From the NCBI GenBank assembly GCA_010093815.1, contig ML996586.1: a DNA stretch of 64,000 nucleotides; one strand, given 5' to 3'. Both the position numbers and the translations under genes were made by a program. Source of the stretch: Pseudovirgaria hyperparasitica (taxonomy: Eukaryota). Position 1 is the stretch's first letter, and the number at the start of each line of letters is the position of its first letter. Shown here piece after piece: positions 39,403-50,305 of the stretch. Below the pieces are notes generated by a model. The model saw only the letters and a list, made by a program, of their open reading frames with translations. It was not told the DNA's origin and made no database searches.

Positions 39403-39896
39403 GATTTCGTAACGCTTCACGCGAGACACACTGTGGCGTTTCTCGAGTGCTTGTGCTCGATTCGAGTGGAGTGATGAAGAGATGGTGAGAGATCTAGAAT
39501 GCAAAACGAAAGAGGAATAATAACGACTAAAAGAAATCCACCAGGAGCTAGAGCAGCAACAAGTGGTAGCACGAGATCGGATATGGAGAGACGTGTGTTA
39601 GAAAAGGACCATGTGTGAAATAGTAGTGTGATCAGAATTCAGGAACAAGCCGTGGCAAGCCAGAGCGGCCGAGCATGCCAATGCAGCATCTCGGTACACA
39701 CTGATGCCAAGTACGACATCGTTATACTGGTATGAAAGCCATGCATGCTGGGCTAATATCAATGTGGTCACTGTGGTGGAGACTAGGAATGAGGAGTGGT
39801 ACATAGGTTGGGTTGTATGGCAAGGCGCAAGACAATGAGCAGGTCTGGCCGGAGATTGTTCGCTCGTAACAAAGGGTCGCATCTAGATGCTTGTGG

Positions 39897-40185
39897 ATCA
39901 GATAAGATTAGCAAATAGTATGAACCAGCAGCAGGGAAGGGTGCGACACGAGTCACACAACAACTGCAAAGGTCCGTGTGCACCAGCATCAACATCACAC
40001 TTAGTATCCTTGCACCGTGTCCCATGATGTTATTGGCCACCAGTCATCGTTACAAGCGAGGTCGGGAACTGTCAATTTAGGGTTATCTGATCCGCAGCCA
40101 GATGCCGTTCTAGGTCTAGCTTCCAGCCGAGTGAAAGGTCTGCGGCGTCGACTGGCGTGCGGCATTATTTATCAGATTATCAGAT
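39897..40185. promoter_or_regulatory. Four SreA-type GATA boxes in the oxidoreductase/MFS divergent promoter
   Basis: ATCAGATAA 39897-39905, TTATCTGAT 40083-40091 and overlapping tandem TTATCAGAT at 40169-40177 and 40177-40185. Confidence 0.8.
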
Positions 40186-41041
40186 TGTAAAGATCAACGG
40201 ATGGTAGAGCACAAGGCCGCCATGGGCGCGATGGCTTGCTCGGGATCCACTCCGTTGGCATGAAAGCAACAAAGTTCCAACAATGGCAACGGCAGAAACT
40301 CCTTGTCACACTCCTGGCCACGTACCCATTACTTACTAACTTCTATAGTACTATATAGGTATATACTTGGTATACATGGTACAATAATGTGCTAATGCTA
40401 CTACTACCCCAGCCCACTTGCCCTTGAGTCGGAGGCGGCGCAGGATCCGAGTCTCGAGCCGTGCCCCGCTTATCCCATCCCACCCCATCCCTCCCACCAG
40501 CTGAGAATCCCCCCCGGGCTCTGTCATTCCCTTGATTCCCCATTCTGTCCATCGCCGGCAACGCCTCCACAGCCTTTGGAGTGGGAGTGGCGCCACAATG
40601 GGCCAAAGCGAGAATGGTGGGAAAAACTTCTCGCTCCTGGTGAGACAATCCTGTGCAAATTCGCCCAATCCTACCTGGTGTTTCGCTTCTTCACATCTCT
40701 TCGTCGTTCTAGTCGTTCTTCCTTTACACCGGACTGCCTCGTGGCTAGACCGACATAGACCCTCATTCACAGCTGTCAGCCGTCCCTCTTCGCGGCAGAA
40801 CTCTGGCTCTCTATCTATCACGACCGCCGGCTACATACATATATCCTCGACGCCAAGCTGTGCTTCTTTTCCGCCTTCATCTGCCCTCTTGTCGGTCCCA
40901 CGGTACAAAGGCTCGCGTGTTGCATGTCTTGAATTTGCTGCTTTGCTGCCACGCATCGCTTCTTTCCGTGCCGTTTCAACTATCATCCGCGAGGCTACGC
41001 AATTGCACAAGGCTGTATAGTCCGTGCCTGCCCTCACCATC

Positions 41042-42870
41042 ATGCCTGGTCCTTTGGGAGCTGCCGAGTTTCCCACTGAGCAGGAGCACAAAGCACGCCA
41101 ACTGTCTATCGGAGGTGAGAAGAACATCAACCTGAGCGAAACTCACCAAGGTGTTTCTCTCGATTCTGATGTTGAGGCCTTGGAGAAGGAGGATGTCCAG
41201 TACGGTGTAAAGGCCGTCGAGGCAACCGCCATTGTTTGGTCTCGCAATGCCTTGATTGGAGCATACGCTGCGTACGTTACCAGTCACCATCAGCACAAGC
41301 CGTGTACTTCACTGACAAACTCAGAATCTTCCTGGTCTTCTTCGTCAATTCGTTCCTCCAGCAGACGAGCTACACCTTCACCTTGTACGTAACAAGTAGC
41401 TTTGCTCTGCACGAGCTTACTGCAACGACCGCCGTCATGTCGCAGATTATCGGTGGTGTGGTGCGGCTGCCCTTGGCAAAACTCATCGACATCGTCGGTC
41501 GCACCGAGGGCTACCTCGCTGCCCTCACCTGTGCAACCATTGGTCTAATCATGATGGCCGCCTGCAACGGCGTCGAGCTGTATGCTGCGGCTCAGGTGTT
41601 CTACTGGGTGGGCTATAATTGTATGGGCTATACCTTAGACGTCTTCATTGCAGACACTTCCAGTCTGAAAAGTCGAGGCCTAATGTTTGCTTTCACCACT
41701 GCGCCATACATTGCAACCACGTTTGCCGGGCCCGCTCTTGGACAAGAGTATCTTGACCACAGCACCTGGCGCTGGGGTTACGGTTCGTTCGCAATCATCA
41801 CGCCCATCATCTGTGCCCCGGTCGCCTTGATCTTCTGGATCAACAAGCGTAAAGCGAAGAAAGCTGGTCTGTTGACAAAGGTCCCCAGTGGCAGGACCTG
41901 GTTCCAGTCGGTCAAATTTTACCTCATCGAGTTCGACTTTATCGGCGTGCTCTTAATTTGCGCTGGTTTTGTCATGTTCCTCCTGCCGTTCAATCTCGCG
42001 GCCGGTTCTGCTTCCAAATGGAACAGCCCCGACATTATTGCTCTGCTTGTCGTCGGCATTGTGTGTCTCATTGGCTTTGTACTATACGAGAAGTTCGTCG
42101 CGCCAAAGCCCTTCATTCCCTTTGAGCTCCTTCTAGATCGCACTGTACTCGGGGCTTGCATCCTGGCTGCGACCCTGTTCGTCAGTTTCTACTGCTGGGA
42201 TGGTTATCTTCTGTCTTACCTGCAGGTCGTGTGGAATCTGAAGCCCAAGTCCGCAGGCTACATCTACAATACTTACAATCTCAGCTCTTGTGCATGGGGT
42301 ATCATCGCCGGCCTTCTGATCCGCCAAGCTGGCTACATCAAACGGTTCGCCGCCGCCGCAATGCCCCTCATGTTCCTCGGCGCAGGCCTACTGATCCATT
42401 TCCGTCAACCCGACCAATCCGTCGGCTACGTCATCATGTGCCAGGTTCTGATCGGCGTCGCTGGTGGCACTCTCGTCATCTGTGAAGAGATTGCGGTCCT
42501 CGCTTCCGGCGCCCACGAGAATGTGGCAACGTTGCTTGCCTTGATCGGCATGTTCAGTTCCATCGGTGGCGCCATCGGTTTGTCTGTCTCGGCAGCTATC
42601 TGGACCAACATCGTGCCGGGCGAGATCGCGGCACGGCTACCGGCGGACTCGGCTGTGACTGCAGCTGAACTTTATGCCAGTGCCATCACCGTTCTGACCT
42701 ATGCACCCGGCACGCCGGAGCGCAACGCTGTCATCGGCGCTTATGCTGTTGCCCAGAGATGGATGGCCATTGCCTCGACATGTATTCTGGTTATTGGGGT
42801 CGGTGCTATTGCTGTGTGGCGTGATATTGATGTGCGCAAGTTCAAGCAGGTCAAGGGCCGCGTCGTCTAG
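41042..42870 (+). CDS. Siderophore-iron MFS transporter (MirB/Sit1/Arn family), ~591 aa
   Basis: QYGVKAVEA, YVTSSFALH, LPLAKLIDIVGRTEG, YAAAQVFYWVG, DVFIADTSSLKSR and WRWGYG motifs; many TM segments; intron 41272-41324. Confidence 0.92.
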
Positions 42871-43654
42871 ATGCAGGCGAGTATCATATTATTGTGTCGC
42901 ATGTGCTTGGAATGTACTCCACGTAGTCGCAATCAAGGATATAGATGACTTGATCTATGAAATACACCCTTCTAGGCACACATCTCATTACCCTATTCTA
43001 CGGCATTAGCCAATGTTACGTGAGATCTTACATGCAGTTTCTGATTCTATTACGAGTTATCGCTAGCTATACTAGCCATTCCAGACTTGGAATGAGATAT
43101 CTCACCGCGACATTATCTACGGACCGAGCGACAGCGAGACCAGCTCTCCGTTCACGTGCGCAATCACTTATCTTGGCGCACAAATCTCCTCTCTGACTCT
43201 CAAAACGTCTCTCTTTCTTCTAGGAGGAATAGTGCAGAAGTCCTACAAAGAAGAGACATACTCTATTTGCTCTCCTCGCTCTCCCTCAAGCCTTTCGCTA
43301 CTCTCGACATCTCCATCCACCATTATATCGAAGTAACCATAATAAGTATTATCCCAGCCACAAGTCAGATCATGGTTGAATATCAATGCAAACTGTGCTA
43401 AGGATATCGAGCTTCAAGGATCATTTGGGGGGTGAAGAGAACGTAGTGTTGTAGTTTGATTGGGTACATAGTAAACATGGTATAAAGCACACCTAACAAG
43501 CCTCGAGGCACCAGTCAGGAAGTCATCAGGTATATAAGGAATACCAGCCAACCATCTTCTTTCCCTTGCCTAGGAATATCATTACATGCGTGAATCATCA
43601 AGCCCAATGTTTTATCACCACGAGCTCCCTTCTCCTTTCCCGTCGCCCAAACTC

Positions 43655-44400
43655 AACATTTTAGTTGTTCCATCGTCGCACCCAGCTCTTGACTCAAATC
43701 CACGGAGTCGTCCTTCGGATCACTTACCGTGATCGTATTCTCACTGTCATCGCTGTTCGAATTCGGTTTCGAGGTGTTCTTATCAGCATCCCCGGACTTA
43801 TTTACATTCTCATCTCCATCATCGTTCTCAGAAACCGGCTTGGGACGCCTTGTCCGAGGCGTTGCTTTACGTCTATCGGAACGCTCAGTACCACTCTTTT
43901 GTGTTGGTGTGAGAGAGGGAGAGGGAGATGCATGGCTTGCTTGCTTGGAGCCATATGCTGGTCTGAACGCGAATGCAGATCCAGATCCAGATCCAGATTC
44001 AGAAGTGTTTGTAGGCGTATGCGATGCCGAATAAGCACATGCAGCTGTAAAAACAACGTCAACATGTGTACATCACCGTCTAACTTCTATTTCCACATAC
44101 TTGACCATGCAGAGGTTTGCTCCGGAGCATCAATAGGCTGACCTGCTGCCTCAGTGACCGGTGTTGAGCCGCTATGGGGAGCACTCCTCGTATAAATCGG
44201 TATATAATCGCGGCTCCCCTGGGAATGTGCGGTATGCGATTTGGCGGAGTAAAATTTTCTGGGAGAGGACTGTCCTGGAGGATTCTTATGAGCAGGAGAG
44301 GTAACGGACCGGGTAGGACCGCCAGGTCCTTGAACGGACTGTAGTTTTGGCATTTTCGAGGATTCAGAGCGAGATTCTAAGGCAATTTTCAAACCTGGGC
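43655..44400 (-). CDS. Low-complexity Ser/Pro/Asp-rich C-terminal part of a hypothetical, possibly multi-exon or decayed gene
   Basis: Open minus-strand stretches (SASHTPTNTSESGSGSGS...PKPVSENDDGDE...MEQLKC*) and ORF 44087-44392; no recognisable domain; upstream exons unresolved. Confidence 0.3.
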
Positions 44401-45978
44401 TAGATGAACCGGGTTGTGGTACTAAAAGAGTTGAAGAACTAGGAGACCCGGTATGTTCTATCGAGGATCTATATGGTTATTGATCATCAGTGATCACTTC
44501 TAAATGCTAGGGGCCATGTCAGGGTAACATGCAGCTTGCGGTATGGTCTTGAGTCTGCATCATTTGACCTTCCAGGCACACTGTGTGGTAGATATCGAGT
44601 CGAAGACTGGTCGTTGCCAGACGGGGAGTGTTGATTCGCCATGACTTTGATGTAAAGATTATATGAGTTACGCACTTGACTTATAACTACTATGCTACAG
44701 AAGGGGCAAGCTACGAGTCTAAATAGCTTGCGACCTCCATAACAGTGCCGCAAACCAGGATAGAACAAAGAGGCAGATTTTTGGTTCCTGCCGACTCTAA
44801 ACAATGCGGGTCCATGTACTGTTTCACTTGTTTCAAGGCAGCGCAGCATTCTTTAGCCATTGTATGGCTTGCTTGCATGATCTACGCTCCTCTTTCGACA
44901 CCGTCGGAAGCAGGATTCCGGTGCTTGTACACTTTGAAATGATTATATTCCGAGAAGTTGAATGTCTAGGAAGCATACTAGGCTTCCAAAAGATTGACAT
45001 TATTCCAAAGTGTGTGCTCAGAGTGTTACACTTTCTCATTTAATAACGCACCTCCTTGGCCAGATAGAGTTAAAACCTTAGAACTCTGTTCTCTCTCGCA
45101 TACCACATCACTGGACTTACAGGGTTTAATAAAGAATCACGGTACTGACTTGAGCCAGTAGTCTAACTACAATTCCAGGAAGTTTCTGATTGGAAATTGG
45201 CTCTCTGTAGATACCCTTCGTTCAAGATTTTTTCGAGCAACGCGTCGGTAACGTTCAACAGGAACCTCAGGCATACCGTATCAAGAAAGAGTTCTTCTCC
45301 AAGGACATTGTGTGTCAGGTAGTAAGGTCTCCTACTGGCCACAGTCTGCCAACTACGCAAAATACTCAATATTCAGGAAACAGCATTCCGATACCCCAGG
45401 CTCGCAAAGCACTTTACAGCGTATTCCAACATCTGCACCCAGCCTCAAAATCTCTGCCCAGTATTGTTGAATACCATACTTACATAAAATACTTTAATCT
45501 AAGCCGCCATCTCCATAGAATAGTGTACCAACAACGGAAGACACAACCGCCAGATGTTGATCTTCAACCAGGCGACCAAAAACCATGCGACGGTCAGAAG
45601 CCGAAGCATAGACAAAGATAAGACACACTGTCTCAGCGAGCAGTATTATTCCAAAGCTACTCTCCTTCCAGATCTTCCCATTGCAAGACTCACTCATTCA
45701 ACACTGTTGTATCAACAACGGACTATCGATGTTTGATTCCACGGTACGTACGACGACCCCAGCCCATCTCGCTACCGAACTTATTGAATACATCCACGGT
45801 ATCCCGGCCCAAAAAAAGATTGTTAAAAAATAATGCATCTAGTCTATATAAACCCACAGCCCTCCATCTGTCCCGCTGAAGAAACCCACTCTCCTACGCC
45901 TCAGGACCCTCCACCATCACCTCAACCCACAAAAAACATAGCACAACGCCGTAAACCCACCTCTTCCAACCCTCCGAG

Positions 45979-46529
45979 ATGCGCTTCTCCGCCGTATGCA
46001 CCGTCCTCCTTACGGCCATCACACATGCAGCTCCCACTACTCAAGGCAGTCCAGACGACCAGTTTTGGCCACTAACTGCCGACCTCCGGAATGATTGTGC
46101 AGTAGGCCACGTTTCCTTATATTTCTAACCACACGTATATGCCGGACATATGACTGACAAACTTGACAGAGAGAATGCATCTTCGATCGCAGGCCTCTGT
46201 ATTTTGATGCTCGCAATATAACCAGGGGTGAATACTGTCTTGACCCAGCACACGTTATCGCGCCTTTCTACAACTGCGCATATCCATGTGTGATGAGGAA
46301 CTGTGGGTATATTAAGTGGGATGTGGACTATCCACGTGAAGCCTTGAAGCGTAAGTGCAATAGGTAAATACACAATAGGGTTACTGATTGGTGTGCAGAA
46401 ACAGCCGAGTGGTGGCATAGAGTTTGCGATGGGATCGCACCATGTTGGGAAGCTGCGTGCGATGGGTTTGATCCGAAAAAAGATATCCCTGATGATGAAA
46501 CTTGTGCGCAGATGCGGGCGGATGACTGA
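45979..46529 (+). CDS. Small secreted cysteine-rich protein, 144 aa, 10 Cys in the mature part (three exons)
   Basis: Signal peptide MRFSAVCTVLLTAITHA; exons 45979-46101, 46170-46350 and 46399-46529 with GT-AG introns and branch-like CTGAC/CTGAT splice into one open frame. Confidence 0.8.
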
Positions 46530-46854
46530 GACCCATAACGCAGGGTTGCTTGAGCCCATCCAACACTATACTCCCGCATTCCGACTATCACGAAACCACT
46601 AGTTTAGACCAATGTCCGTACTGAATATTAACCTCAACTCTTAACATTAAATGAATCGAGGAACAAGAGAAGGACAACACAGCTTTAGATATACAGGATG
46701 TCACTTGTTGGGACGATTTCGATTTGATTACTTCTTTAGTATCGTGTCATTTGATGGTCAAAAAATTTTCAACCGAATTGATACAGCCGGGCCTCCATTT
46801 TCATAGCAAGTTCCCACTACCCACTTCTCCATCTCCGACTTATGTTGTGTTTAT

Positions 46855-46942
46855 CCATGCCTCCATGCCTCCATGCCTCCATGCCTCCATGCCTCCATGC
46901 CTCCATGCCTCCATGCCTCCATGCCTCCATGCCTCCATGCCT
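46855..46942. repeat. Perfect 8-bp tandem repeat (CCATGCCT) x11
   Basis: Read directly. Confidence 0.95.
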
Positions 46943-47989
46943 ACACCTTTGAGACATTTGCGAGAGTACACAACACTCGACTCTGACGGAGCCTCAACGA
47001 GAGGCTGTTCGATGGACGTCACCTAGAAAGAGCTTGAAGTGGACCTCAGCGCCCTCTCGCGAGAAGAAGTATCAGGCTCATTGGTAAGTTCTCAGACTCT
47101 CCCAAATCCAGAAGTAAGCCGAGTACTTGAGTCGTTCCGGGTCATAGCAGTACAATTCGGCGTACATTGGCCGTCGGACTTGGCGCATTCAGGGAAGCCT
47201 GACGTTATGCTTGACTCGATTCAGCCTTACCCAATGTTCGTATTCCCGTGAACAGCAAAGCTGTGTGAGAACATCAAACTTCGCCTCTAGTGCACCGAGA
47301 AAGCATGTCGGCTAGCAGCGCACATCCATCATGGATCAACCCAATCTGTGACTTGCAACAAACGAAAAGAAGAGTGGGTGCTATTTGGCTCATCTCCTGG
47401 TAAGCGGTGCTGCAGATCGGATCAGCTCCAACTGCTGCTCTGAGCTGTATAGAGTTAGCAGTCTTGAGCTTTACACACCTTTAAACGCGTTCCATCTCAA
47501 ACTGAGCTGCTCAGCTGATCAAAAGGTTACGTTAGACCTGGAAATCAGCAAGCAACGCATCGGATGGCAGTATTTTGGGATTGCATTTATCTTGGATCGC
47601 GGGGGATTGGTGTGCTTGTGCGGTGTTGACGTTCGGAAGAGCTTGGTGGTGCACGCATCGAGGTTGTCCATGGGGACGACTCAAGTCCGGGAACGTTCCT
47701 GGCTCACTGTATGGAAGACCAAGGTCGTTGCCACTTGGATCGATCGATGGAACTTTTGATGAGAGTCCGTTAATAACCATCAATGATAGCGTAGTGTATG
47801 TAGTGATTGATCGACTGCGCTAGACGTAAGTTTTCGCTCCTATCCAATTCGATCTGGAATGAAACATGCTCGAGACGGCGTCCTCTCTGGGCTGTGTCAC
47901 ACTGGATGTGCGGGTCACTATGATACATTTGAGCTGTACCGGTGCACAGTGAAGTAAAGTGACTGAAATAGGGTTCAGCTACGTCCTGT

Positions 47990-48045
47990 ATGGACGGACG
48001 ATGGACGATGGACGTTGGACGCTGGACGATGGTCGTTGGACGATG
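47990..48045. repeat. Degenerate 7-bp tandem repeat (TGGACGN)n
   Basis: tggacga tggacgt tggacgc tggacga tggtcgt tggacga read directly. Confidence 0.8.
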
Positions 48046-48720
48046 AGCCTGAAAGACTCGTGATGGGGTTCAGTTGGAAGTGACTCATGTACCTTGAAGA
48101 CTTCGTATCTGCGGATTGTAGTGTCGCTTTGAGCCAAGCAAACGCAGAAAGAGATGGAAATCCATGGCATGGCAAACAGTTTGAGCTGGAATAGTGCACC
48201 GGAAACTATATTGCAAGTGACGTATCCCTGGGAGACAAATCGATATGTGCCGAGACAAGTGTGTTTAAATTTGTGTCTGACTCGGAATTGAATCAATGTG
48301 TAACAAGATCAGTAAGCCCAGGGTGGTGTCTGACTTCAACTGAATCAATGTGTGATCATGACCCTGACAGCATGAGTGATTCATTTCATCGAATACTCGA
48401 AAGTCGAGGTTATATGATTGTAGAGGAAAATGCAGACTCTGCAACACATGCTCGGATGCGCACTACGCCAGCATGAAGCTCTGATATCATAGCGGAAGAC
48501 ATTCGATGAGGCTATCCATGACACCGACCTTTGCCCTAATTACAGGCAGTGATGGTTCTCGGATGAGCCACGCTTGAGATGACACTTTGGTGGACTTGGA
48601 ATGCTGACTGATACCACAGGAATTGGTGTGCTCAGTCTAGCTATGTAAAACTTCTACAGCTGATATGTCTTGGACAAGGCATAACTGAGATGACGCATTG
48701 ACGGGAATGGATTACTGAGA

Positions 48721-48885
48721 CTGTGGATTGGATGCGGTCATTGCAGTTGTCCATGTTCGCGAGGTCTGCCGACACTGTGGATTGGATTCGGTCATTGCAG
48801 TCGTGAATAACTGCAAGAAGGTCTGCTGACACCGTGAATTGGATGCGGTCATTGCAGTTGCGCATCGTTGTAAGAGGGTCTGACG
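48721..48885. repeat. Three copies of a 54-57-bp repeat (core GTGRATTGGATKCGGTCATTGCAGT ... GGTCTG)
   Basis: Copies start at 48721, 48775 and 48832. Confidence 0.85.
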
Positions 48886-49159
48886 GGTATTAGACTGGAC
48901 ATGATCCACATAACACTTCGCCGACAGTGAGCTGTTGTTGTAAAAAATGTGTATGCACAATACAGGCTTGCATATTGGCGACAGGTGGTGATGTTTGAGA
49001 GGTACCTATGTGCCTGGAATGATACTTCGGCGGAACGTGGGAATGTGAGTACCATCGAAAATATGCGCTCAGCATGGTTTTACCCACCCGTGGCAACGGG
49101 CGATCGCTGAATACATCATGTCTGAGATGCCACTATGCCGTAGGCGATCGTGTAAAGCA

Positions 49160-49990
49160 TCGAGTAGAGATGTTCGATAATATGCTGCGTAGCTGTAGCA
49201 GCGCGCAATGGTTGAGCGGAGCATGCGCGAGATGACTTCTGGAAGCAAATGGTGATTGGCGTTGAGTAGATGTGCTCGATATGTTGCATAACATTGAAAG
49301 ATGAATTGGGCATGCAATGCATGACGAAATGAGACCTCATCGGAACTTAATTGTGGGAATTGAGCAGGTGCACTTCACCGGTACTGAATTGTTGGCGTCG
49401 AGTAGATGTGCTCGATATGGTGCATGCCCTTGAAAGATGAACTAGGCGGGCATGCATGATGAACTGACACTTCACCGGAACTGAATGGTTNNNNNNNNNN
49501 CGTCGAGTAGATGTGCTCGATATGGTGCATGCCCTTGAAAGATGAACTAGGCGGGCATGCATGATGAACTGACACTTCACCGGAACTGAATGGTTGGCAT
49601 CGAGTAGATGTGCTCGATATGTTGCATGCCCTCGAAAGATGAACTGGGCGGGTATGCATGGTGAACTGACACTTCACCGAAACTGAATGGTTGGCATCGA
49701 GTAGATGTGCTCGATATGTTGCATGCCCTTGAAAGATGAACCGGGCATGCATGATAAGATGATTCTTCGCCGGAAGTGAATCTTTGTTGGAATCAAGCAG
49801 ATGTGCCTGATACATTGCGTACCCGTGAAAGATGAACGAGGCATGCATGAGATGACACTTGGCCGGAAGTGAGTCGTGATTGGAATCAAGTAGATGTGCC
49901 TGATATGTTGCGTAGCCGTGAAAGATGAACGAGGCATGCATGAGATGACACTTCGCCGGAAGTGAGTCGTGGATACCATCGATTAGATGG
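49160..49990. repeat. Tandem array of ~93-97-bp units with internal inverted repeats; contains a 10-N assembly gap
   Basis: Unit starts near 49161, 49263, 49399, 49504, 49601, 49698, 49794 and 49887, with a remnant at 49980; Ns at 49491-49500. Confidence 0.9.
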
Positions 49991-50305
49991 AATTAGTAGT
50001 TCAATCAAAAGGACTAGTAAGATTGAAAACAACGGATGAATCGAGATCGTTGTTGATTTTTGTTGTGGTTTGTCTTAGCTTCTCCTGAGAATCCAGAGGA
50101 TGAATGGTTCCGGAACGCGAATTGGCAGAAATGCGCTTCTCAAGATACTGGACTTCGACACGACGATGACGTGCAAACCAATAGTCGAAGGACTCCCGTG
50201 CGGAACGTATTCACAGTCCACGGAAGCCGGTGCTGAGCCCCTCCCTCTCTCAGCACCTGTCACACACATGGGTGGACGCCTCAAAAGAAAAAGGTGATGG
50301 TGAAA

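Noticed and set aside
46724..47026. ORFs with HASMPPCL / GGMEAWRH repeats
   Set aside because: Translation of the (CCATGCCT)11 repeat.
49347..49979. His-rich ORFs over the ~97-bp array
   Set aside because: The 97-bp period shifts frame between copies and the ORFs cross the N gap; likely by-products of the repeat.
48721..49990. CRISPR-like appearance of the repeat arrays
   Set aside because: Eukaryotic context, no cas genes, and whole units are homologous with no unique spacers.
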